From the sequence record MT944117.1: 64,000 bases of DNA. The stretch is one strand, 5' to 3'. The notes under the pieces are model-generated. The model was not told the origin of the DNA. It ran no database searches and worked only from the letters and a program-made list of their open reading frames with translations. This DNA is from Escherichia phage PNJ1809-36. A program made the position numbers and the translations under genes. The stretch's first letter is position 1. The number at the start of each line of letters is the position of its first letter. Shown piece after piece: positions 33,192 to 41,362 of this stretch.

Positions 33192-33530
33192 ATGTATTAC
33201 ACTGAAGACTACATATTGTATAACTTTTTTAAAGGTTGGTTGAAATGGGCGGAACAAGCTCCTGTCGGAGATTGTGTTTTTCCTTGGGATTCTCGTCAAG
33301 GCTTGTGTCGTTGTTTGGAAGATTGGCTTATAACCACAAACTACAATTCAGAAACTAAGAAATCTACATCAAACAGATTAAAAATGTTGTTTGAAGAAGA
33401 TGGTTTAGATCCAATTTATCCTTTCGGTGAGGAAAGTTTCCACAATGGTCTTTTCCTTGGCACTCAACATTATGATAAAGATCGTGTAGATTGGGTAAAA
33501 GAAAAGGTAGCACAGTATGAATGGGGTTAA
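33192..33530 (+). CDS. paralog family member 6 (GLC...PF...WVKDR family)
   Basis: ATG 33192 after AGGAGG; FFKGWLKWAEQAP..QGLCRCL...YPFG...DRVDWVKEK. Confidence 0.65.
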   Translation: MYYTEDYILYNFFKGWLKWAEQAPVGDCVFPWDSRQGLCRCLEDWLITTNYNSETKKSTSNRLKMLFEEDGLDPIYPFGEESFHNGLFLGTQHYDKDRVDWVKEKVAQYEWG

Positions 33531-33720
33531 GAATTATCACCGCTGGTTAGAAAGCTATCTTAAGAAATGTGAACTTGGTGTTCCAGGTTATACTTACGAC
33601 ACGGACGAGATCCTTGATGAAATGGAAGTTTGGTTTAAAGAGCCTCGTGAACTATTGGAAAACATTCTAATGGCTTGGGATGGTACGGCACAAAGCATTG
33701 AAGGAGGTAGAAATGAGTAA
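33517..33720 (+). CDS. hypothetical protein (67 aa)
   Basis: ORF overlapping upstream gene end. Confidence 0.5.
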   Translation: MNGVKNYHRWLESYLKKCELGVPGYTYDTDEILDEMEVWFKEPRELLENILMAWDGTAQSIEGGRNE

Positions 33721-33847
33721 GAAATTGTTTAATATTCGTGAGAATCGTGATGGATCGTTCTCTGTAGTCAATGAGTTTAATGTTTCGGTTGGGACTTTTA
33801 TTACTAAACGTCAAGCAGAACAAGTAAGAGATACTTTAAACAAGTAA
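33713..33847 (+). CDS. small hypothetical protein (44 aa)
   Basis: strong SD GAAGGAGG + ATG 33713. Confidence 0.45.
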   Translation: MSKKLFNIRENRDGSFSVVNEFNVSVGTFITKRQAEQVRDTLNK

Positions 33848-33864
33848 ATTTTTAAGGGGGACTT

Positions 33865-34284
33865 ATGTTAGGTAAGATCAAAGCTTTTTTCAAACGTATT
33901 GTTGAAGGAAGTCCAACAGAAGGTGCATTAGGAAGATCTCTAACAGGAGAACCGCTTGCCATAATTTCTATCAGTCGGTATGGTGGATATTCAATTAAAC
34001 AAACACCTTTAGGTATAGAAGGTAGTATGCTTTCTTGGACAATATCTCAAGTTGGTGATAACAGGCTTGCAGCTATAGCATTGCTTCGTGGGGAGTATGA
34101 CTATTGTTTATCAGCGCCTTGTAAAAAGCATCTCATAGAGCACATTAGAGACAGAGTAGAAAGAGAAGGCGGATACTTCTTCGAAACTAAGAGAAACGAA
34201 CAAGGAACTCTTGACTTCACTAAGGTTTACTGGGACAATCATACTCGTCAAACTGTTGAACAACTTCTGGAGGAAAGATGTTAA
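33865..34284 (+). CDS. hypothetical protein (139 aa)
   Basis: SD AAGGGGG. Confidence 0.65.
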   Translation: MLGKIKAFFKRIVEGSPTEGALGRSLTGEPLAIISISRYGGYSIKQTPLGIEGSMLSWTISQVGDNRLAAIALLRGEYDYCLSAPCKKHLIEHIRDRVEREGGYFFETKRNEQGTLDFTKVYWDNHTRQTVEQLLEERC

Positions 34285-34487
34285 AAGCTTTTGCTGTATA
34301 CTCTACTGTAGGATTCTTTTATTGGATTATAGTTGTTGTTGGATGTTGGTTGGGTTCTTCTGTTGTGATGGGAGAATGGTTAACATACAATGTATTTGAA
34401 TGGGATGTAGTTTGTAGATCATTACTTGTTATATGGACTGCTATTGTTTGTTGGATAACTGTTAGTCTAACATTAGATCTATATTGA
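34278..34487 (+). CDS. small membrane protein (69 aa)
   Basis: two hydrophobic helices; start overlaps upstream stop. Confidence 0.5.
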   Translation: MLKAFAVYSTVGFFYWIIVVVGCWLGSSVVMGEWLTYNVFEWDVVCRSLLVIWTAIVCWITVSLTLDLY

Positions 34488-34496
34488 TTAATAGAT

Positions 34497-34573
34497 GGTA
34501 GATAGATGATCATAGTTTATCTACCTTCACTTACGTTTCATACCTCACTATCGTGAGTAACATGAAACATTAT
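34497..34573. repeat. nested inverted repeats in 360-bp intergenic gap
   Basis: GGTAGATA-N13-TATCTACC (34497-34525) and GTTTCAT-N15-ATGAAAC (~34545-34573). Confidence 0.5.
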
Positions 34574-34847
34574 TATATAGAAATCTACTACTCGCTATCG
34601 CTCGTAAACATATGTTTAGGGTACCATATTTTTTTGAAAAAGTCAATGCTGATTCACCTATCAATTATCTGTTTAAGATAAATCTTACCTATCAATCTAA
34701 CTCTTAACTAGTATTGCACCTATAGTAAGACTATTCCTATAGTTATTAACCCTCTTCTTCTGTAGAATGTAATTAGATCCTTGACAAACTCACAAAGCTT
34801 GTGTTACATTGTGTCTCACAAGTGAATAATACTGAACAGGAGGAAGA

Positions 34848-35063
34848 ATGAGTTCCAATTTTCTATACAAAGCAAAAGATTCACGAGATGGAGAGAACCA
34901 TTGGTGGTTGATCACAGAAGATGGTGTTATCATCCTACCGTGGGACGGAGAGACGAAAGTTCAAATACTAGAGAAAGTAAAAGGTGTTAGTTTTAATATT
35001 AGTCATGATATAACAACTTTCAAAGCTTTTGCTATGAATCCTAGTCTTGTTGCTGAATGGTAA
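34848..35063 (+). CDS. hypothetical protein (71 aa)
   Basis: SD ACAGGAGGAAG; possible TTGACA promoter ~34781. Confidence 0.6.
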   Translation: MSSNFLYKAKDSRDGENHWWLITEDGVIILPWDGETKVQILEKVKGVSFNISHDITTFKAFAMNPSLVAEW

Positions 35064-35076
35064 TCCAGGAGAAGAT

Positions 35077-35295
35077 ATGACTAAAATGTATGCAGCCGTT
35101 GATAAGCTGGATGGGTCTGATTCTGTTTTTATTTTGAATAAAATGGGTGTCTTAGTTTATGCCCGAACTTCTCAAAACATAGAGCACCAAGTGGAAGCAG
35201 CGCAAATTTTAGAGCAAATAACCCCTCCATACCTATATTCAAATGTTGAGCGTTTTAACGATGCACTTGGTCTGACATTAATAGCGGAGTGGTAA
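35077..35295 (+). CDS. hypothetical protein (72 aa)
   Basis: ATG 35077 after CAGGAGAAG. Confidence 0.55.
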   Translation: MTKMYAAVDKLDGSDSVFILNKMGVLVYARTSQNIEHQVEAAQILEQITPPYLYSNVERFNDALGLTLIAEW

Positions 35296-35297
35296 TA

Positions 35298-35495
35298 ATG
35301 GCGAAAATGTTAGCAATTGATGATGTTGTAACAATTACTACGTCCATACCTTGTCCTCCTATGCCTTGCCCCTATTGTGGTGGTTCAGGGTATGTTATGG
35401 CGGATGTAGGTCAAATCTACGAGTGTAATCCGTGCAAAACCACGGGTTATATCCAAATAGAATCAGAGGAGAAACACTATGAGCCAAAACGCTAA
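35298..35495 (+). CDS. small Cys-rich protein (65 aa)
   Basis: CPPMPCPYCGG...CNPC; ATG 35298. Confidence 0.55.
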   Translation: MAKMLAIDDVVTITTSIPCPPMPCPYCGGSGYVMADVGQIYECNPCKTTGYIQIESEEKHYEPKR

Positions 35496-35928
35496 AGAAA
35501 AAGAAGTAATCACGGTAATCCGTCAGATGGAAGGTGCCGAAAACAATGCTTTTGTTACTAAGATTCTTCTTAATATCTTTGAAGATGTTATTTTAAACAA
35601 TCCTGGTCATAAAGATTATCAGTATGATGTTATGATGGGTGCTTTGCTTGAGATTAACAAAAACACTTTTGCTGAATATGAGCAACACATGCTTTTACCA
35701 GAGGAAGATCAGGATTATTTGTTATCTGGTGCTTTAAGTGCACAAGAAAATTTCTACCACGTTCTTAATATGGCTTATGCAGATGAACTTGCTGTCTCCC
35801 TTGAAGAGCGGATTCAAATGGTTCGTGACGTAATGAATGAACAAATCCAAGAAGTTGAAGATCTGGTAGCAGAGCCTTTAGCAGAAATTCGTGCAGCTAT
35901 TGAAAAACAAAAAGGAACTCAATCATGA
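35479..35928 (+). CDS. hypothetical protein (149 aa)
   Basis: SD CAGAGGAGAAA. Confidence 0.65.
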   Translation: MSQNAKEKEVITVIRQMEGAENNAFVTKILLNIFEDVILNNPGHKDYQYDVMMGALLEINKNTFAEYEQHMLLPEEDQDYLLSGALSAQENFYHVLNMAYADELAVSLEERIQMVRDVMNEQIQEVEDLVAEPLAEIRAAIEKQKGTQS

Positions 35929-36092
35929 TGCAAGTAGGTGATGTGGTTTGTCTTAAAGGTGCAAACAAACAAATGACAGTAATAGAAAGTTATGGTGAAT
36001 CTTGTAAAGTAACTTGGTTTGATGAAAACGGCGAGTTGCAACACGCTATATTCGATCAAAAAGCTTTGAGGAAGGTTGAAGAAAAAGAATGA
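35925..36092 (+). CDS. small protein (55 aa), DUF2158-like
   Basis: VGDVVCLKGANKQMTV motif; ATGA overlaps on both sides. Confidence 0.45.
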   Translation: MMQVGDVVCLKGANKQMTVIESYGESCKVTWFDENGELQHAIFDQKALRKVEEKE

Positions 36093-36352
36093 GCCATCCG
36101 TCAATATTTTTCTGTTTTGTAGATCTTGAAAACGAGTCTTTAATCGTTGATAGTGAGGGTTACTTCACTTATTGGGAATCCGAGCACGAAACTATAAGTG
36201 TAGTGAAAGAAATTATGCAAACCAATCCAAACCTACCAGCACATAAGTACGGTATTGCAAAAGTGTTTGTTACTAAAACAGAGTACACAAAAGAGCGAAG
36301 CACTTTGTACCATAATATTGAAGTGATTCACTATTTCAAAGATGTTATTTAG
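36089..36352 (+). CDS. hypothetical protein (87 aa)
   Basis: ORF; ATGA overlap. Confidence 0.6.
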   Translation: MSHPSIFFCFVDLENESLIVDSEGYFTYWESEHETISVVKEIMQTNPNLPAHKYGIAKVFVTKTEYTKERSTLYHNIEVIHYFKDVI

Positions 36353-36360
36353 GAGGTTAT

Positions 36361-36969
36361 ATGGAAGAGAAGATTTGGGATGGTAAAGATCCTTTAGAAG
36401 TTGGACACGTAGCACGTGTCAAAAAATCTACTACAGGTCCTGGTTTTTCTGGTTTGTATCATATACCAGAAGAAGGTCAGCACGTTACAATTTTGGCTCG
36501 TGACAAACAAAACGGAGCAACGCCTGTGTGGATTGTTCGCTGGTATGACAAAGATCTTAACATTTGCTTGTCACCTATTATGGCTCATTTGCTGGAAGCC
36601 CCTTGCTCTGAAGAAGCTCTAATTTTTGTTTCGGCTTTTCAGAAAGCCACAGGTTTAACATTAGATGCAAAAGATGTGCAAAAAGCATTTGACATTATTC
36701 AGGAAGACAACGATACTACATCTAACGACGAACTGGTTGAAGTTACAATCTTATCTTCAGCAGATATCCGAGAGATTGATAATTGTGATTTTCCAATCAC
36801 ATTTAAAATGTCGCAGAAAGACATGCAGTCATCTGGAAGTTGTTTTGGTATACCTCGTTGGTTTTTTGATTCTATCAAAAATTCTACTACAGAGGGATCA
36901 GACTATGATCAAGATGACATGCTTTGGTTCTTAAAAAACCGAGAGATTGTTCTCTCACCACTTAAATAA
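36361..36969 (+). CDS. hypothetical protein (202 aa)
   Basis: SD AGGAGG. Confidence 0.7.
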   Translation: MEEKIWDGKDPLEVGHVARVKKSTTGPGFSGLYHIPEEGQHVTILARDKQNGATPVWIVRWYDKDLNICLSPIMAHLLEAPCSEEALIFVSAFQKATGLTLDAKDVQKAFDIIQEDNDTTSNDELVEVTILSSADIREIDNCDFPITFKMSQKDMQSSGSCFGIPRWFFDSIKNSTTEGSDYDQDDMLWFLKNREIVLSPLK

Positions 36970-36978
36970 GGAGAAATA

Positions 36979-37080
36979 ATGGTTTCATTTATCGTAGGTG
37001 TAGTTGTAGGCTATCTGATTAACAAATATCAAGACGTTATCACGGCAAAAGTAAAAGACATTTTAGACTCATCTAAATAA
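36979..37080 (+). CDS. small membrane peptide (33 aa)
   Basis: SD AAGGAGAAA + ATG 36979. Confidence 0.4.
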   Translation: MVSFIVGVVVGYLINKYQDVITAKVKDILDSSK

Positions 37081-37132
37081 TCTATCAAAGCTGCATCTTC
37101 AATAGGTGCAGCCTTTTAAAAGGAGATATGGC

Positions 37133-37306
37133 ATGACTAAACGCACTGATTTTAAATGTATGCATTGTGGGAAATCTTTTGGGGATCATCAAGCTCGCAC
37201 ATTCAACTGTCCACGTAAAGGTCGCGGAAATTTTAAAGGTTTTAATCCCGCACATGTTTATTCTCCAGATTACGATAAGCCAGAAGAAGAAAAATTTGTT
37301 ATTTAA
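37133..37306 (+). CDS. small zinc-ribbon-like protein (57 aa)
   Basis: CMHCG...CPRKG; SD AAAGGAG. Confidence 0.5.
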   Translation: MTKRTDFKCMHCGKSFGDHQARTFNCPRKGRGNFKGFNPAHVYSPDYDKPEEEKFVI

Positions 37307-37318
37307 TAAGGAGGTCAT

Positions 37319-37600
37319 ATGGAACTCGTTCAAGAATTGTATAATGCTTTAGGAGCAAAAGGAAAAGATTGGCCCGAACATGCGCTTATTGCTATAAGAG
37401 ACTCCGATGGTGAGATTAAGTTTTCAAGCGTAAGTAAAGAGCACATCGTAGAAACAAAACTGGGTATTTACATGCGTGGAACTTATTGCTTATTCAACAC
37501 CAGAATGGTAGAAGCTCCTGTTATTGAAAATGGGACAAAAGATTGCCCCACAATCGTAACAAAAGCTGAATATGAGAAGTTTTTCTACGCTAAGGCTTGA
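37319..37600 (+). CDS. hypothetical protein (93 aa)
   Basis: SD AAGGAGG. Confidence 0.65.
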   Translation: MELVQELYNALGAKGKDWPEHALIAIRDSDGEIKFSSVSKEHIVETKLGIYMRGTYCLFNTRMVEAPVIENGTKDCPTIVTKAEYEKFFYAKA

Positions 37601-37644
37601 CACAGGAACAATACTATAGGATAGTGATCCTATCGTAGCAATAG

Positions 37645-37667
37645 AACCCGCTTCGGCGGGTTTTTTC
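37645..37667 (+). terminator. rho-independent terminator (UUCG tetraloop)
   Basis: AACCCGC-TTCG-GCGGGTT followed by TTTTTT; same stem as 4993. Confidence 0.75.
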
Positions 37668-37691
37668 ATATCTGTAGCAATAGGAGGTCGT

Positions 37692-37922
37692 GTGTTAAAT
37701 AAAATCGAAGAAGGTTGTATGGCATTTTTGGTAGATAACCCGTTTCCCTTTATGGTTAAGGTCCATGTAGGAGAGTATTTAGGTTATGACGAATGGGATT
37801 GTAGTATCAATAGTGAAATGCACCACTACCAACCAACAATACTTAAGACGGATCAAATGGCGCGTATTACAGTAGAGGATGAATTGATCATCGAGTTATA
37901 CGAGAGAGCACTGCACAAGTAA
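37692..37922 (+). CDS. hypothetical protein (76 aa), GTG start
   Basis: AGGAGG 4 nt upstream of GTG 37692. Confidence 0.55.
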   Translation: MLNKIEEGCMAFLVDNPFPFMVKVHVGEYLGYDEWDCSINSEMHHYQPTILKTDQMARITVEDELIIELYERALHK

Positions 37923-37965
37923 GCTAGAACCCACCTAAATCGAACAGAGACGCTCTAAAATAGAA

Positions 37966-37995
37966 AAGGCACCCACTTGGGTGCCTTTGTTTTAT
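37966..37995. terminator. bidirectional terminator at convergence of plus and minus blocks
   Basis: GGCACCCA-CTT-TGGGTGCC flanked by A-run upstream and T-run downstream. Confidence 0.7.
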
Positions 37996-38264
37996 TCTTC
38001 GTTAGATTGCGTCTCAGACGCGTTAAATTCGGTTTCAGTACAACTTGCTAGGTAACTTATATTTTGCATCACTACAACTACAGGTGTTTGAAGTTTATCT
38101 TCTAGCCCCGCAGCCACTTGAGCCAAGGCATTATCAATATTTGATTTCCTAACGCCTGTTCCATGTCCTGTTGCCAAGTAAAGATTACCTTCCCCTTTTT
38201 GTGTAGCATTAGCAAAGTAGTAAACGTAATGTGCAAGGTAGTAATCACGGATTTCTTCAGTCAT
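37992..38264 (-). CDS. hypothetical protein (90 aa)
   Basis: ORF; last gene of minus-strand block. Confidence 0.6.
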   Translation of the reverse strand: MTEEIRDYYLAHYVYYFANATQKGEGNLYLATGHGTGVRKSNIDNALAQVAAGLEDKLQTPVVVVMQNISYLASCTETEFNASETQSNEE

Positions 38265-38281
38265 TTTATTCTCCTAATAAG

Positions 38282-38300
38282 AAAGGGGCCGAAGCCCCTT
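38282..38300 (-). terminator. UUCG-tetraloop hairpin (partial terminator or mRNA stabiliser)
   Basis: minus strand GGGGC-TTCG-GCCCC followed by TTTCTTATT. Confidence 0.5.
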
Positions 38301-38307
38301 GAGTGGT

Positions 38308-39108
38308 TTATTTGTTTAAGTGGTCTTCGACCATTTTAATGAAACCTTCATTGCTGAAGGCTGTTGCAGCTTTTTCTCGGTAAACAAAAACTCCACGATC
38401 TTCATAGAGAAGTGTTTCTTCGTAATTAACTCCAGGGTTAACTACAACCATTTTTGTCCCGATATTAAGAGCAGGAAAAAGCTCCCAGTTAAAATTGATA
38501 ACTTGATTAGAGCAACCCACTACAATCACCATATCTTGAGCCGTCAAGCCGTCTAAGATGTGGTACATATCGTTATACAATGGGGCAGTCTCCCCAAAGA
38601 ACACTACATTGGGCTTCACATACTTGTAATCATCCACATCGATAGCAGCATAGCCAACATCTTTGATGATTCTATTGTCTACGATCACTTCAGGCAGGAA
38701 GCCGTGAACATGTAGAACATCTTCATGAACAACACCCGCTTGTTCCAGAAGATCATCTACGTTTGTCGTGATGTTGATAACACGATCACAGCCGTACTCT
38801 TGAAACCATTCCGCGATCTGGTAATGCGCAGCGTTAGGAGACACACTATCCATCTCTACGCGACGTTTATTGTAGAAGTCATGAGTTTTACGGTAGAGGT
38901 TGTATCCCTCTGCATCTAATCCACCAACAGCGCCAGGAACACACTGTTCTTGCTGGTAGCCAGCACGGAAATTGAAAATGTCACACACTTCAGAAAGGTC
39001 GTATTCATCCCACAAAGCTTTACCACTTTCTGTGTCAGTGCGGAAAGTACGAATACCGCTATCGGCGCTTAAGCCAGCGCCGCTAATCACTATTAATCGT
39101 CTTGGCAT
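38308..39108 (-). CDS. Sir2-family (sirtuin-like) NAD-dependent protein
   Basis: GAGLSADSGIRTFR, TTNVDDL, HVHG, VVFFGE, GCS motifs; no CxxC zinc-ribbon pairs; SD GAGGAGG. Confidence 0.8.
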   Translation of the reverse strand: MPRRLIVISGAGLSADSGIRTFRTDTESGKALWDEYDLSEVCDIFNFRAGYQQEQCVPGAVGGLDAEGYNLYRKTHDFYNKRRVEMDSVSPNAAHYQIAEWFQEYGCDRVINITTNVDDLLEQAGVVHEDVLHVHGFLPEVIVDNRIIKDVGYAAIDVDDYKYVKPNVVFFGETAPLYNDMYHILDGLTAQDMVIVVGCSNQVINFNWELFPALNIGTKMVVVNPGVNYEETLLYEDRGVFVYREKAATAFSNEGFIKMVEDHLNK

Positions 39109-39578
39109 TCTTCCTCCTCAAATGGATCATAAGAATCGTACTCGTAAGTATCATCTTCTGAAAATTCTACTTCGAAATAAATATCAAACTCTGCAAACAG
39201 ACGTAGGATGTTAGACATGCTGTAATAATTATCGCAGGCAGATTCAGCTTCATAGTAAACATAAAGCAAATGGTTAGCCTTATCATCTTCCAAATATTTC
39301 CCGTCTGCATACGCATAGTCTGCATATGCTTTACCTGCATCTTCCACAAGAGAACGATCAAGCAGAGTAGGAAATGGTTTCTCTTTTTCTTTTAGTTTGC
39401 TCACCAACCAATGTGCAATATCATTCCATTCTGCATCCATACCACTAAAGCAACTTGCTTCTTCTCCAAAAGAAGCTTCTCCTAAATCGCCACTAATACG
39501 AACAACATTAGATGAACTATAGCCACACGTTTCACAATCAGAGTAACTATTATGCACATTGACATTTACTTGAAACAT
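39093..39578 (-). CDS. hypothetical acidic protein (161 aa)
   Basis: SD AGGAGGG; Asp/Glu/Tyr-rich; overlaps Sir2-like start by 16 nt. Confidence 0.65.
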   Translation of the reverse strand: MFQVNVNVHNSYSDCETCGYSSSNVVRISGDLGEASFGEEASCFSGMDAEWNDIAHWLVSKLKEKEKPFPTLLDRSLVEDAGKAYADYAYADGKYLEDDKANHLLYVYYEAESACDNYYSMSNILRLFAEFDIYFEVEFSEDDTYEYDSYDPFEEEECQDD

Positions 39579-39596
39579 ATTCCCTCCTATAAAAGA

Positions 39597-39627
39597 AAAG
39601 CCCCCTGAAACAGGAGGCTTTGTTCAG
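39597..39627 (-). terminator. putative terminator hairpin
   Basis: minus strand GCCTCCTG-TTTC-CAGGGGGC followed by TTTTCTTTT. Confidence 0.45.
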
Positions 39628-39636
39628 ATATCTGCA

Positions 39637-40290
39637 CTATACCAGACTTTGAAGGTATTTGTCAAGTGCTTCTTGATCACCTTGACAAACATAGCAACGG
39701 AAGTCTTGAGCAGAAGGTTCTTTGTCCTCGTCCCAATCCCAATAGACAGTACCTTTATAGCGTGAGCCTGGGAACTCGAAGTATGCCACATGAGTAATAT
39801 GGTGTGGGCCACCCCAAAACTCTGTAAAAGTAAATTGAGGATACGCTGCTTTAACTGTATTTTCAAACCAAGTTTTACGATCTAATGCTTCGTTTATAAA
39901 ATAAGCATGGCGTTCCATTTCATCCCACGTTTTCCAGACACTTCTCTCATCAGGAGAAAAGACAAGCCATTCTGGAAGGTAGAGAGTGTCATAGTAATCA
40001 TCATATTCGATCTCGGAGACGCACGAAGCTGACTCCTCCAGTTTTGAGTAATCAAAAGCAGAATATACCCACCAACCATCTTCCAGTAACGCTTTGATAG
40101 GGACGAAGCCTTTATCAGCATATTGATCGAATTGTTTGACACGGTGGCTTGTGCAGTCTTCAAACTCACATTCTAAACGATATGCACCTTTTCGACGAGC
40201 CTCAAGACCGTGTGCACTGAAAATAACAACACTTCCTTCACCATCATTACGATCTACTTGATAAGCAACTACTTGTTTTGAATTTGACAT
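39637..40290 (-). CDS. hypothetical protein (217 aa)
   Basis: SD AAGGAG; TAATG overlap with upstream gene. Confidence 0.7.
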   Translation of the reverse strand: MSNSKQVVAYQVDRNDGEGSVVIFSAHGLEARRKGAYRLECEFEDCTSHRVKQFDQYADKGFVPIKALLEDGWWVYSAFDYSKLEESASCVSEIEYDDYYDTLYLPEWLVFSPDERSVWKTWDEMERHAYFINEALDRKTWFENTVKAAYPQFTFTEFWGGPHHITHVAYFEFPGSRYKGTVYWDWDEDKEPSAQDFRCYVCQGDQEALDKYLQSLV

Positions 40291-40973
40291 TATTTCTCCT
40301 TATCTAGAAGATTGTTAGACAAAAACACTGCACGAGCAAAACCACGTGCGGTTAAGGATCTAAGTTGTTTTGTTTTTGCACTAGCTCCACCTAAGCTTTT
40401 CCAACCCCAGAAGCAGCCTATATGATCTACTGGTTTCTTCACTGGTTGAACAAAACCATTGCCGTGCCAAATACAAGTTTTCTTTGTATACCCATCACGG
40501 GTAGGCATTTTAGGATGAAAGCTTCCTTCCTCTTCAAACAAATACCCACCATACTCATAAGGATCAAAGTAAAAATCGGGTTTACGCCATAAGGTTGAAA
40601 GTTTACCTACTGGGTTCTCAATCATCCAAGGAACATTATATTTGTTACCCAAAGATTCCACTACACGAATATTAGCTAAAGCTTCATCTAGTTCCTCTGT
40701 GCTACGTTCGTGTTTGCTACCACTACCTGCTAACATAGTGCAAGGTGGAAATCCAAAAATAATATCGGGTTTAGGTATCCCATGATCTTCAGGGTTGAAT
40801 GTAGAATCTATCCAGGCATTCACATAGGTTATGTTTGGGTGCTCCATCCTAACCTCGTATTTACCGTGATCCCCTTCATCAGCGTTTACACAAAAACACT
40901 TGTGACCTGCTTCGGCATAACGTAACACCATAATCCCAGATCCGTCAAACATAGACAAAACTGTTTTACTCAT
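40290..40973 (-). CDS. minimal C5-cytosine methyltransferase-like protein
   Basis: motif I SMFDGSG, motif IV GFPPC, motif VI ENPVG in canonical order and spacing; only 227 aa; ATG 40973 after GGAGGGG. Confidence 0.55.
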   Translation of the reverse strand: MSKTVLSMFDGSGIMVLRYAEAGHKCFCVNADEGDHGKYEVRMEHPNITYVNAWIDSTFNPEDHGIPKPDIIFGFPPCTMLAGSGSKHERSTEELDEALANIRVVESLGNKYNVPWMIENPVGKLSTLWRKPDFYFDPYEYGGYLFEEEGSFHPKMPTRDGYTKKTCIWHGNGFVQPVKKPVDHIGCFWGWKSLGGASAKTKQLRSLTARGFARAVFLSNNLLDKEK

Positions 40974-41361
40974 TACCCCTCCATTCAAGACAAGCCATAA
41001 CTTTACGCCAATCACTTTCTGTAAGAAAAATCTCGTTTGCTTTCTTCCACAAATCTAAATCGTGAAGGGTTGGAATACGATATGTTAGTTCACAGAATCT
41101 ATGCTCTTCTTCTGTAATATAACCAAAATGCAGAGCCACATCGTGAAACCAACACCAACCATGCATCTCTCGAACAACATGGTCATGCTGAGACATTGTT
41201 TTATGCCGTAAACCTAACCAACAAGGAACAGATACTTTAGTAGTCTTTAATCTGTGATCAACAGTATTAGAGTATTCAATAATAGCTGTCAGTTTCAATC
41301 GTGCTTTTTCTAAATCCTCATGGGTCACTTTGAAATAACTTTCTGAAAGATATCCACACAT
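40966..41361 (-). CDS. hypothetical protein (131 aa)
   Basis: ATG 41361 after AAGGAGG; listed 41379 start is TTG. Confidence 0.6.
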   Translation of the reverse strand: MCGYLSESYFKVTHEDLEKARLKLTAIIEYSNTVDHRLKTTKVSVPCWLGLRHKTMSQHDHVVREMHGWCWFHDVALHFGYITEEEHRFCELTYRIPTLHDLDLWKKANEIFLTESDWRKVMACLEWRGNE

Positions 41362-41362
41362 A

